Shown: positions 24,288-36,905 of the stretch, one piece after another
Layout of the letters: each line of letters opens with the position of its first letter
How positions within the stretch are numbered: position 1 is the first letter of the stretch
NCBI GenBank assembly: GCA_009914755.4
Contig: CP086569.2
Coordinates: 9,792,001 to 9,856,000, forward strand
From: the human T2T-CHM13v2.0 reference genome, Homo sapiens
Length of the DNA stretch: 64,000 bases
Direction: 5' to 3'
Program-made: the position numbers and the translations under genes
The notes under the pieces: generated by a model
What the model was told of the DNA's origin: nothing
Databases searched by the model: none
Seen by the model: the letters and a program-made list of their open reading frames with translations, nothing else

Positions 24288-26850
24288 ATGCGCCCTGAGG
24301 GCTCGCTGACCTACCGGGTGCCAGAGAGGCTGCGGCAGGGTTTCTGTGGCGTGGGTCGGGCAGCACAGGCCTTGGTGTGTGCGAGTGCCAAGGAGGGCAC
24401 CGCCTTCAGGATGGAGGCTGTACAGGAGGGGGCGGCCGGGGTGGAGAGTGAGCAGGCGGCTTTGGGGGAGGAGGCGGTGCTGCTGTTGGATGACATAATG
24501 GCGGAGGTGGAGGTGGTGGCGGAGGAGGAGGGCCTCGTGGAGCGGCGGGAGGAGGCCCAGCGGGCACAGCAGGCTGTGCCTGGCCCTGGGCCCATGACCC
24601 CAGAGTCTGCACTGGAGGAGCTGCTGGCCGTTCAGGTGGAGCTGGAGCCGGTTAATGCCCAAGCCAGGAAGGCCTTTTCTCGGCAGCGGGAAAAGATGGA
24701 GCGGAGGCGCAAGCCCCACCTAGACCGCAGAGGCGCCGTCATCCAGAGCGTCCCTGGCTTCTGGGCCAATGTTGTATCCTTCTCAGTGTTTCTTCGGCCT
24801 TTCTAGTGGAGAGGTGCTCTCGGGGAAGTGTAAGTGACCGATGGGCAGCGCGGCGTCGATGTGACTCTTTGGGGAACAAAGGGGAGTTGCCATGGACCAG
24901 TGTGGCTGTGGAAAGCCGGAGCAGGCGTGGGTACTATTGTCCTGCATGCGGCAGAGAAACCCTTGGTGATGCCGAGCAGCAGACGTTTGGGGCATCTTTT
25001 TGAAGAGCAGAAGCGAGTTCAGAGCGGAAGAGGTTTTTCAGTGAATGAAGCTATTTTTAAGGGAGTGTGATTGCTGCCCCTTGCTAGTCCGATCTGGGAC
25101 TGGGCGTCTTCGGCTATAAGCAGATTCTGCCACTCCTCAGACACCAGCAAGTCTCTGCAAATCGCGCCTCCCCATGTCAGTGCAGTCAGCCTCAGAATCA
25201 TACACCCTCTGTGAACACAGGAGGCCTTAGTTTACGGGGAGGGGGAGGCGAAAGGAGATCATACATGGAAGCAGATCTGAGAAATCCCCTACCCCAGCCT
25301 CTGGGTGCTCTTAGGCCTTCTTCCCTGTTGCTCCTCGCTTTCCCTTCCATCGTGTGTAAAGTCTCTTTGACCTAAATCAGATTGCAAACCACCCCCAGAT
25401 GTCAGCCCTGATCACTGACGAAGATGAAGACATGCTGAGCTACATGGTCAGCCTGGAGGTGAGGCCAGGAAGACTGGGGCTAGAGGGTTTAGCGGGGGAG
25501 GGTAAGGGAAATAATTCATTCCTGTAAGCAAGAGTGAGCACCTCACCCGAAAACCTATCTAAGCTTTCTCCACCTTGTCCTGACAGGTGGAAGAAGAGAA
25601 GCATCCTGTTCATCTCTGCAAGATCATGTTGTTCTTTCGGAGTAACCCCTACTTCCAGAATAAAGTGATTACCAAGGAATATCTGGTGAACATCACAGGT
25701 GACAGGTGGCTCCCAGGATGGGTAGTGGAAGGAAGATGGTGGGTGGATCATTGCCAACGGGATCCAGCCCCCTTCCCACAAAAACTCCTGTCTCTGTAGA
25801 ATACAGGGCTTCTCATTCCACTCCAATTGAGTGGTATCCGGATTATGAAGTGGAGGCCTATCGCCGCAGACACCACAACAGCAGCCTTAACTTCTTCAAC
25901 TGGTTCTCTGACCACAACTTCGCAGGATCTAACAAGATTGCTGAGGTGAGTCCTCACTGGGAAACATGAGGAATGACCCCGTGTGTTCCCAGCTGCTTGG
26001 GTCACCTTTCTGAGCCCTGATGAGGCCTTTCCCGATTGAGTCCCCTGACAGATCCTATGTAAGGACCTGTGGCGCAATCCCCTGCAATACTACAAGAGGA
26101 TGAAGCCACCTGAAGAGGGAACAGAGACGTCAGGTGAGCCGTTAGTTGGCACTGGAGCTGTTTGATGCGCAGTATAAGGGGGTTGACACACCTGCCTATT
26201 CAGGGAGCCTGGGTGCTCATTTCAGAAATGTAGAAACTGAGGCTCCTTTCGTATATGTAGAAATTCCTTGAGAGGAAGACAGAGAGTGACAGAATCCAGG
26301 ACGTTCATGGCATTGGGCTGAAAAGGCACGTTAGAGACTGCACTGCAAAGCGGGTGATAGCTGTGGAGTCTTAAGCCCAGTGAAGAATCGTCCATTTCCA
26401 GAATCAATGAGAAGTAAAGCTGAAAATCATTCAGTTCAGTCTGTGGCACTTAATTCCACGGCTGTCAACCCCACCGGCAGTCATCCCACCAACCCCATGA
26501 GATTGGGCTCCCTGAATGTGCGTCCTGGTCATCCTTGCCCCAAACCACAAAGGACTGTTTAGATTGATGGATTTCCTTAAGCTGTTGCCCCATCAGACTT
26601 GTGTGTGCTTTTAGGGCCCAGTGCATCTTGTTAGCTGACTCCCCTCACAGACAATACTGGGAATGGGGCAGGGATTGCGCAGAACAGTTTGTAACACGTG
26701 GTAGGAGGAAGTTTAAGGAATCAGAAATGGGGAAGGGATATCCTTTTCTCAGCGGGCCCCACAATTGAAACATTTCAAAGTATGGCTCAGAGAAAATGCG
26801 TTTTAACATGAGTTTGTGTTTCTCTAGGGGACTCCCAGTTGTTGAGTTGA
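24288..26850 (+). CDS. TSPY: TSPY (testis-specific protein Y-encoded, NAP/SET family), apparently intact copy. CDS in 6 exons, 308 aa.
   Basis: Exons 24288-24773, 25381-25458, 25587-25698, 25800-25945, 26052-26133, 26828-26850. Splice junctions read as canonical GT...AG. The spliced translation ends ...[20 protein letters not shown]. Confidence 0.85.
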
Positions 26851-27020
26851 ATATGATGGAGCATCAGATTTTACCTAATACAGCAGAACTCCTAAAAAGT
26901 TACAGCCATATGCAGGACGGCAGTACTCAGCATGGTCTTATGCACAGGAACTAAAGGAAAAAGAGATCGAGTCACAAAAATTCAGGAAGAGGGGGTAAAT
27001 GTGGATTGTATGGAATGAAA

Positions 27021-27026
27021 AATAAA
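27021..27026 (+). other. AATAAA polyadenylation signal (unit 2)
   Basis: Same position relative to the stop as in unit 1. Confidence 0.5.
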
Positions 27027-27040
27027 CATTCTCAAGGATG

Positions 27041-27070
27041 TGTGACTCTGTGTGTATGTGTGTGTGTGTC

Positions 27071-27108
<38 letters not shown>

Positions 27109-27118
27109 TGTGTGTATG
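27041..27118. repeat. (TG)n microsatellite (unit 2, ~80 bp)
   Basis: Same locus as the unit 1 repeat, different length and interruption pattern. Confidence 0.95.
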
Positions 27119-29778
27119 TTTATCCACTTTATTCAGGTGTCATAATGAATTGATCAATCCACGTGCTTTATTCTCTTCATGGAAATAACCAGTCTGCGTT
27201 GGAGCTGGGCCTCTAAAGTTGTAGAGTGAATGGGTGTGGGATGTGTTGGGATTCTTCCTACAGGACAGAGTGGGAGAGGTAAAAGCAAAAGACAGCTTAG
27301 TTGGAGGCTGACTTCGTCCTATGGAAGCAGAGATAGTTCAAGGAAAGGGGTTACTGGGTTTCCAGGGCCCAGTTTGCTGGGACCTCCAAAATCCTTCATT
27401 TTGGGTATCATCATACACAGTAGCTAAGCACAGGATGATGGAAATCTTAAAGTTCGCTTTCGTGTTGAATCCACATGTTCTTTTAAAGGTGAATGCATGA
27501 TCCTTTTCTGGGACAATCAGCCTCTCAGGACTTCTGAAACATCAACGTGAGAAGAAATGGGCATGTAAGGTGTATGGAGGGACTGTGGGAAAGGTGACAG
27601 AGGCATGTGGGAAGGCATTCAGGATACGCTTTTGGCAGAGATGACTAAGGGAAAACAGAAACTTACAGAAGTGAGGGGAAAGGGGGTGGATTAGTGGAAT
27701 ATAAGATTGTTGGAGAATCCATCCATGGACTCTCTTGTCACTTGATGACCCAGGATATGGACACTCTTGTTGATGTTTACATCTTTAGTTGTTTTAAGCT
27801 TTTCTCCAAGATTCTGTGTTAGGTGAGGAGCCAATAACGTATGTAGCTAACAACAGTACGAGTGCATTTTGTGCTCTTGCAAAGTCTAGTGAGGCTCTAT
27901 TCTCCCTCGTGATTGGCACTGCAGATTGTATCTGGAGCCCAGGGCCCCTAAATTTTCTGTGGCCTCTTCAGCATAGTTTGCCTAAGGTTTAGAACGTAAA
28001 GCGAATATAGTTGCGGAATATGTTTTGCAAGCCTCACACAGGAGGACAAAACATACAGCTTTCATTCGCGAGTGGGAGGCTGCTTCCCAGGAACACGTGT
28101 GTCTGCACAAGACAAGGGGTTGCCTCTGTCAAGGATGGGGCAGGAGGATTTCAGTGTCGGAGGCAGAACTTTCTTTCCTGTTCCCAGATGAAACAGTTCC
28201 AACACGAGCATCCATGTTGACCACACGCTACTAGAGTGCTAACATTGCTGTCCCGTATAGACTCTGGTCAGCACAGCTTCTGTGAGAAGAGCTATGTTGT
28301 TTCAGGGAAGAGGGTTTGACAGTCAAAGTTCCTGAATCTGTTGTGGTGCCTGCAATATGCATTCTACCCCTCCTGCTCGGTGTCAAAGCAGTTGAGCTTT
28401 GAAAATCTATCGCCCGGTTTTGTCCCTGCTCCTATGCAGACCTCTGAAGCTCTGGAGCGGGAGTCTTGTCCTCCTCTGACTACCGTCCCCCTGACCCACA
28501 AACACAGGAGAAACAGGTGTTCTAAGCAAATTATTCTGAAAACAGTCGGAACCCTTTGGCCCCCTCAAGCTGCCCTCTATCCTACTGTGTGCATGTCAAA
28601 GACACTGTGGTCCAGTACGGTATCCCTATAGAGGCAATGGGGCAACAGATTGGTGTGTGCACTCTGGGCAACTCAGATTAGGAAACGTCTGGGGACTTGC
28701 CTATAACGAGGTCGTCTTAAAACATGTTGCCCCAAATTTAAGGCATAGGAAAATGTTGAGGAAAGGGTCTTGCAATGATTTTTCTAGGAGGTAAATAGAT
28801 AAGAAAATGACCGTAAATAGATGCCAGGGCTAGTTTTGGAGCTAGCCTGTTTTAAAGTGGTGGTAGGGGAGGAGCTTTTTCCAAGGCAGGTAGCAAACCA
28901 GGAACTGTCTACGATGGATGGGCGTGCCATGGGTTGGTGGCTCAGCCATATTGCCACCCCACCGAGTGAATGCAGCAGACTGGGCTTCTTCCTTGAATCC
29001 TACGTGCAATTCAGTCTAGTGATTTCACATGAGATCCCTTCTTCTGGTATTATCACAGATCGTGCTGAATTATACAGGCTGTGTAATGCTTCTTCCACTG
29101 AATATCCGTGCACGTGGGCCACAGATGCTAAGGGCACTGACAAATTTGCACCGTGCCTCAGTAACTCGGAAGCACATCTGTGATTTGTACCGACAGGGAC
29201 TTGGTGTCTTTTCGTGTTTAAAGTAGCACGTGTGTGTTTGTGGTTGCGTATGTTTATTTCTCTGTGCGGGTTTGTATATTTTCTCTGACTCCACCTGTGT
29301 CTCCGTGGTTCCGATATTTTTCCACACTCCCTGCGGCAATTTGCACATGCCTATCTCTACAACCATTGTAGACTTTGTATCTGTGTCTTTGAACATCTGT
29401 CACTCTCTCTCCCTTCCTTTTTTCTTTTCCTTCCTTTACACCCCTCCTTTCATCCTTCCCTTGCTTCCCCACCACACTCTCTCCATCTGTATCGTCTATG
29501 TTTCTATTCTCTATCTGGGTTTACTTTCTAATTCTGAATTCAAGGGCATTGAATTGAAAAGAAGCACTCTTCGTACTTTTATGTGTTTTAACTCATTTGG
29601 GGAATTTGGCGTGGTATTATTTACAGGGTTCTCTCTGCCCTTTCTCATTGTTCTCCCCAGCCGGGGCTGTTATTATGTGAAAGCTGGTTTCCTTCATCAC
29701 ATCGCGTAGGCTCTAATGATGTTTCGTTTATTTTGATTCTCCTCACACTACATAGTTTTAATTTACCTAATGTGACTG

Positions 29779-30083
29779 TTTTTTTGTTTGTTTTCCGAGA
29801 ATGGGTCTTACTCTGTCTTCTAGGTTGGACAGCAGCCCCACGATCTCAGCCCACTGCAGCCCAGGCACCACACACCCATGTGATCCTGTCAACTCAGACT
29901 CTCACACACCTGGCAGTACAGGTGCATGCCACCCCTCCAAGCTATGTATTAATTAACTAAATACTTACTTTTTGAATGTGGGTCCATGTTGCCCCAGGCT
30001 CATCTGGAACTCCTGAGTGCAGGCAATCCTCCCACCTCAGCTTATCAAAGTGCTGGGATGACAGGTGTGACCCATGGCCCTGC
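29779..30083 (-). mobile_element. Alu element, minus orientation (unit 2)
   Basis: Offset 20315 from the unit 1 copy. Confidence 0.8.
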
Positions 30084-30224
30084 CATGGCTTTGTGTTTTT
30101 TGCTTTTTTCTTCCTCCTCCTCACGTCTTGTTTTGAAACATGCACTGAAGGTTTCAATTCATGGACTATAGCCTCTGTGCCTGGAATTTCTATCTTTCAA
30201 CTCATCATCAGCATTCATTGGGAT

Positions 30225-30227
<3 letters not shown>

Positions 30228-30270
<43 letters not shown>

Positions 30271-30385
30271 ATATAAGAATACCTATGTACACACATATAT
30301 ACGTATATACATGTATATACGTATATATGCACATTTATATACGTATATACATGTATATACGTATATATATACATGTACACATATG
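30228..30385. repeat. (TA)n / AT-rich complex repeat (unit 2)
   Basis: Same locus as the unit 1 repeat; slightly shorter. Confidence 0.9.
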
Positions 30386-30863
30386 TATTTATTTCTCAAG
30401 TTACGAAACGGCTTGCATTCTTTCCTGTGTCATGAAAAAGACTTTGCTAGAAAAGAAAAGCACTGCTTTATAATAAAATATTTTATTTGCATTTATTTTG
30501 TTAAGGCATTTTAAAAATTGTATGTTTGTTTAAAAAATGTCATATGAAATGATACATATTTACAACTTAAGGCGTGATGTTCAACAGGTCATATACATTA
30601 TGCATTGGATACATCCAGCCAATCAACATATGTGTGACCTCACATAGTTGTCATTTTTGTTGTGAAAAAACTTGACCTGCACTGTATTCGAATATTTTTA
30701 GAGAAAGAATATGTTACCACTAGTTATAGTGAGCATGCTGAAGAAAATATTTTTAACCTATTCCTCCTTTATAACTAGAAGTATGAGTTCTTCATCCAGC
30801 ATCTCGTCAGTGCACCCTCTTCACCGCAGTCATTGGAGTCACTACTTCTGTGAAGTCCGCTTT

Positions 30864-32268
30864 TTTGATTTCATATAAGAATGAGATCATGTGCTACTTT
30901 CCTTTCTGATACCTGGCTTATGTCACTTAACAGAATGGCATGCACACATTCAGCAGATTCCCACACATTCTCACAACTGGCAGGATTTCCTGATTTCTTA
31001 TTGCAGCGCATATTTACGTTGCGCATATGCGTTTTTGCCCCATTTTTTAATCCACTTATCAATGGAGGGACTCTCAGGTTGCTTCCGCATTTTGGCTACA
31101 GCAAAAATGTAATGAGTGCAGCAATAATTGCATGGGTGCGCGCACCGCTTCAACATACTGATCTGTGTACTGGCGGGCGTGCCCGGGTATTCTGATTTGC
31201 TGGATCATATAGTGGGTGGTTCTACTTGTAGATTTCTGAAGGCTGTTTATACTTAAATAAGAGCCATAAAGCTTCTTTAATGCCAGCACTAATTTACATT
31301 CTCCCCAAAAGTGAGCAGGGAATTCGTTTTCTCTGCCTCCTCACCAGAGATTAGGGTTTTCTTTTCTTTCTTTTTTTTTTTTTGTTTGTTTGTCTTTCGG
31401 ATAATATGCATTCTGACTGAAGTGAGAAGAAATCTCATTGTGTTTTTGATTTGCATTTTCGTGATGGATTGGGGATAATGAGGAATTTTTAGTGTGTCTT
31501 CTGGGCAACTGTATGTCTCAGTTTCACAAATGAGTCTTCGCAGCCTTCGCCCATTTGTTTTCATGCTATTGAGTTGTTGGGAGTTCCTTATGTACTGTGA
31601 CTATTCCCCCATGAACAGATGTATGGTGATCCAATCATTGCTCCCATCCTGTAGGATGCCCCTTCTGTATGTTGAGTTTTCTATGGTGTGGTGAAGCACT
31701 TTAGTTTGATATGATTCCATTCTCTATTTTTGATGGTGTTTACTGTGTTCTTGCAGTCACTTTGAGACCATCATTGCACACACGGACGCCATGGGGCTTC
31801 TTCCTTGTGATCTCTTCTGCTATTTTTATCGTTTCACATCTGACACTGGAGTTTGGTGATAAATAATCCACTTGTAAAATCCTTTGTGTGGCTATTCAGA
31901 TTTCCCCAACCTAGTTTATAGAAGATACTTGATTTTGCATTGGGCGTTCTTGCTTCTTTGGGAAAAGGCTGTGAGCTGCAAATGCAGTGACTTAGTTCTG
32001 GGCTCCTGTTGTTTTTCCTAAGCTCTAGTCTCTGCTTTTCTGCCAGTGCTATTGTATTTTGGTACAAAAAGTTTTGTAGTAGTATATCATGAAGTTAGGT
32101 AGTGGGGTGGCTCCAGCTTTGTGCTTTTTACTGGATTGCTCTGGGTTTTCAGGATCTTCTGCCATTTCATAGCAAATTTGGGATTCCCAGATTGTTTTTC
32201 TAAGAAGAATGTGTCATTGATATTTTTACAGGGGTTGTATAGAATCTGAGGATGACTCAGGTAGTAGT
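30864..32268 (-). mobile_element. L1 antisense fragment (unit 2)
   Basis: Same element at offset ~20308. Confidence 0.7.
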
Positions 32269-32997
32269 GATGTCAATGCCGTTTAGACAATGTGCGTGTT
32301 TGTGTGCACAAGCTCAGGGCCAAGAGACACTGGGTGTCCTCACCAATACTGAGGTGGGCCTTAATATCCAGCCAGATTGCCTTCTGGAAACACACGGAAT
32401 GTCCTGTTCTGTTTTGCCATCTCTTCACATTTCCTCCCCTGTGAGCCCTGTGTGGTCCTCCAGATTCCCTGTGCGGTGGCCTGCCTTTTTTGGGGTGGGG
32501 AGTTGCTGGGTGAATGAGGATGGCGGAGGGAACCAAGTATGTCAGTGGAGCGTGGTGTCATCCAAACGGTACTTAGCAGGCCTGGGAGAGTCATTCTGGG
32601 AGGACGCAGACCTAGAGAGGCCTCAGGTGGGCATCTGTGTGGAGGGTGAGAGATCCCTGGTTGAGCCCAAACTGAACCCCAGGTAGAAGCAAGCCTCAGG
32701 ACAGGGAAGTAGCTAGCAAGGGATGATGAGGGAGCTATCTCTTGACCCTGGCTTCCCACCCATTGACCTTAGCTACTTGTGCCTATTAAGCAGATTACGG
32801 TTCCCCCATCGTGAAATGTGGGTACCACAGTTCCCTGATGGGCATTTCTCCACCAGCCCATGATGGCCTGAGTTTCCTTACTGCAGTCTCCTCCCTGAGC
32901 CTTGGCTTCTCTATGTGTGTCCTAACTCCAGGACCCACAGGCCTGTCAACCCCCAGCCCTGGGCTGCTTCCCTGGCCTCTTCTCTGTTCCCTCTCTG

Positions 32998-33488
32998 AGG
33001 GCCTAACTCCCTTGGGTAGTGCTGCAGAATATAGAGCCACAGGCCCTGGCTGATGATCTGGTGGACTGGGCAAATTGGTCGTGACAGGTCAGGTTCTGGT
33101 TCAAAGCCAATTCCTCCGATGCCAAGGAATGTCGAAGAAGGTCCTTTGCCATGATGCCCCATAGCTGCCCCACCTCAGCAATCGTGCCGTAACCTGGGCC
33201 CTCACAGTCAGACAACCAGCTGAAGAAGCTCAGGCAGTGACCTGCGGGAAACTCGGGCTTTCACCTGCATGACCCTAGAACCACTGGACTGCAGTGGAGC
33301 CAGTCGCCCTGTATCCTGGAGGGAGACGAGTCAGGAAGGCGCACGCCAGGCCCAGCTCCCGAGGTACTACCCCCTCTACTCCTCAGGGAGGATGCCAACG
33401 CAATACTCCTTAGTCGTCACTTTGTTTCCGAAGTAAATGTTGTGATGAAAGGCAAACTTCTTCCTACCCCTTGTATTCAGGGTGGCCG
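32998..33488 (-). pseudogene. TSPY-like pseudogene fragment B (unit 2)
   Basis: Offset 20308 from unit 1. Confidence 0.6.
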
Positions 33489-35789
33489 AGTTCCTCCACC
33501 TGCCTGTCCAAGAAGGAGAAACAGGGCTGTGAAGGGGCAATTTCATCTAGGTGGGCTGAGGTGGCATTCTAGCCGGGGTGAAGCATGCGTTTCCCCTTCC
33601 CAGCTTTCCCGCTGAGACACACCTGAGCCCCAGAAGGACCTCAACCTGACCAGGACCTTAGCACCCTCCCCCAGACCCAGGCTTTCCATCCTGACCTGCA
33701 AATCCAACATGCAGCTTTGAAGGACTTTCTCATGGTTTCTGAGCTCCTTGCTCTCACCAGAAAGAATCAGAACTTTTAAAGTGTTCTTTATGCCAACTTA
33801 AATTTTTCATTTTTACTACCTCATGTTTTGGATGAGGCATGTATTTTTAAATTTATTTTCACCCTTATTGTACCTCTATGATAAACTGCTTGCTTACATT
33901 CATACCGTAATTATCTCTCAGGTTACTTGTCTGTTCCTAAAGATTCACTGAAACGAAGAATTCTATATATGCTTGTATCTTTCAGCAACCGTATGTCAGA
34001 TAGCACTGCACATTACTGCAGACATCGCATATACAGGTCCAAAGGTAGAGGAAGAAGAAGAAAGCAAGCGTTAAGCTCTATACATTCCTAAAAGCATATC
34101 AGAAACTCACAAATAACAGTGAAATCAAAGAATGATCACAGCCAATTCCATTACATACCTAGACTGAAATACGAAACTTCAAAGAAAAGAAACATTAGAA
34201 CTTTGGGTTTGTAAAAATTTTCCTATATAGATAAAATTATTGGTAACTGTGTCTCACTAGAAAACGTAAACAAAAGTCCATGTTTTTCATATTTGTAAAT
34301 ATACATAGTTTTATTTCCATCAGTTATGACATGCAAGCAAGTAATAAAGTAAAAGTACAATCAAATGATATATGGAACTTCCTCAGTCTTAAAATATTCC
34401 ATGGAGACTATCAATTTTATGAAAACTATAAAGAATGCTTCATGAAACTACATTGTACAGTGCCATTTACTATTTTACTGACATTTTAAATAATCAACAA
34501 TTAAAGGGAATACATCAACATTATTTAATACCAATAACGTTATTTTTCTTGAGTAATCCTGTTGAAATTAAGGATTTTAAATAAAACATTAAAAACAAAT
34601 TATATTGACTGATTTCAGCTTTGGATGAAATCATACTTGTGTATTTGTAGTAATGCGAAGCATAACTTTCTCCTCACAATTAATCTTTTATAACATCGGT
34701 GTTATAGTTTTCTCTGACACCAACATTGTGATATCGCACAGGTTTACTGCATGCATGCATTACATGCCTCCAGAGAGTAGGCTTCAAATATATGGAAAAA
34801 TTATATTTATGAAAAAATTCTAGGAAAGGGAATGGTGAAATGGAAGAGAATTTCTCACTTGCTAACTGTTGGACATGGATTTGTATATATTTGGATATAG
34901 ACACATACTGGCACACTGTGAGTTTGCCCATGTATATATACACTTATATGAGAAACCCATAATATATGGGTTGTGTAATCTTTTAATTAATCCATAATTG
35001 TATGTGTGTGAAATTAGATAAGCGGTTACCTTTTCTTTAATCAATTTGATGGAAAGCCAAAAAAATCTGTCCACCTTCATTTCAATTAATCCAATACTGT
35101 TAACTGCTGGTAGCTTCATTCTCCTTGTTCTCTTACGGCAACCGGAAAGTTAATTCTCGCTCTAATTTGGCTTTCAAGGTGCGATCAACAAGAGTGTCAC
35201 CTTGCTGTGGATTGTGACCTCTGACTCCACCTCTGTCTTCCTTTTGCAGTCCTACCTTTGCATAGGTAACAAACTTTGTACATGGTTAAAAGGATAAAAG
35301 TTCAGTGAAATGTCAAGCCATGCTGTGAAATGTTCCATAGTTTCTATATCTCTAATTGTCCTTTGATGTTATAGAGGCAAGAAAAATAATTCAATGTTTT
35401 TCTTAGTATCTAGTCCAATGCACTCTTTCTTCATAATACTGCAAACAAGGCACTGACATGGAAACGTGGCTGGACGTCTCAAAATCTCTTCTCATTAATT
35501 ACCATTATGTTAATCACTGTTGCCCACAACTGGAATTGGACTTTGAAATCCCCTGGTGGAAATTGCTATAATGGCTCAAACTACTGGAAAGACTATCTTT
35601 TTTTACCTGAAAATATCTGATGAGCATAGACGTATGCTATATACAGGAAGATATTGTACATTAACAACATACCATCACTGCCACTCAATAATAGGTATCC
35701 CAAACCTTTGAGCCAAACTGAGCTCAGGTGCTCCCACAAACCAAGCTTTTCCCTCCACAGATTTCTTATGTCAAAAAGCCACAACTCCA

Positions 35790-36092
35790 GGCCAGGCTTC
35801 GTGGCTCTTGTTGTAATTTCTACATTTTGGGAGGCCGAGGTTGGTGGGTCACTTGAGGTCAGGAGTTGGAGACCAGCATGGGCAACATGGCAAAAAGCTG
35901 TCTCTACCAAAAATACAAAAATTAGCCAGACCTAGTGGCACTTTCCTGTGGTCCCAGCTACTTGGGAGGCTGAGGTAGGAGAACCACCTGAACATGGGTG
36001 GCAGAGATTGTATAGTAAGCCAAGATCAGACTACTGCACTCCAGCCTGGATGACACAGCGAGACCAGGACTGAAAAAAGAAAAAAAAAAATA
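35790..36092 (+). mobile_element. Alu, plus orientation (unit 2)
   Basis: Offset ~20308 from 15482. Confidence 0.85.
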
Positions 36093-36139
36093 AAGGCAAC
36101 TCCACTCGTCCACTGGCTTAGGTAAAAAATACTGGAGTT

Positions 36140-36470
36140 GGCTGGGCTCGGTGGCTCACACCTGTATTCCCAGCACTTTGGATTTTGGGAAGCTGAGTCG
36201 GGCGGGTCACCTGAGATCTGTAGTAGGAGAGCAGCCTGGCCAACATGGTGAAGCCTGGCTTCTACTAAAAATACAAAACATTAGCTGAGCGTGGTGATGC
36301 ATGCTTGTAATCCCAGCTACTGCAGAGGCTGAACCTGGGAGGCGGAGGATGTGTTGAGCTGAGATCCTGCCACTGCGCTCCAGCCTGGTCTACAGAGCGA
36401 GAGTACCCTGTGAGAAACAAAGGTGAAGAGAACAAGAAAAAAAAATGAGAAAAATAAGACCCACTGCAAA
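36140..36470 (+). mobile_element. Second Alu, plus orientation (unit 2)
   Basis: Offset ~20320 from 15820. Confidence 0.85.
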
Positions 36471-36548
36471 AGGTTGCCACAGAAAAGATTAAACATTTCA
36501 GCGACTTCTATCTTCTATCATGGAAGCCAAGGTTATTTGGACCAAACC

Positions 36549-36905
36549 TCCTGTCTTAGTTCATTTTCACGCTGCTGAAGAAGACATACCTGAAACTGGG
36601 AATAAAAGGAGGTTTAATTGGACTGACAGTTCCACATGGCTGTGGAGGCCTCAGAATCATGGTATACGAATAAAGGCACTTCTTACATGGCAATGCCAAG
36701 AGAGAATGAGGAAGAACCTGAGGCAGAAACCCCTGAAAAACCCATCAGATCCCGTGAGACTTCTTCACTGTCACAAGAATAGCATGAGAAAGACCGACCC
36801 CCATGATTCAATTACCTCCCCCTGGGTCCCACCCGCAACACGAGGGAATTCTGGGAGATACAATTGAAGCTGAGATTTGAATGGAGACACACCAAACCAT
36901 GTCAC
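36549..36905 (-). mobile_element. MaLR LTR (unit 2)
   Basis: Offset 20320 from the unit 1 copy. Confidence 0.65.
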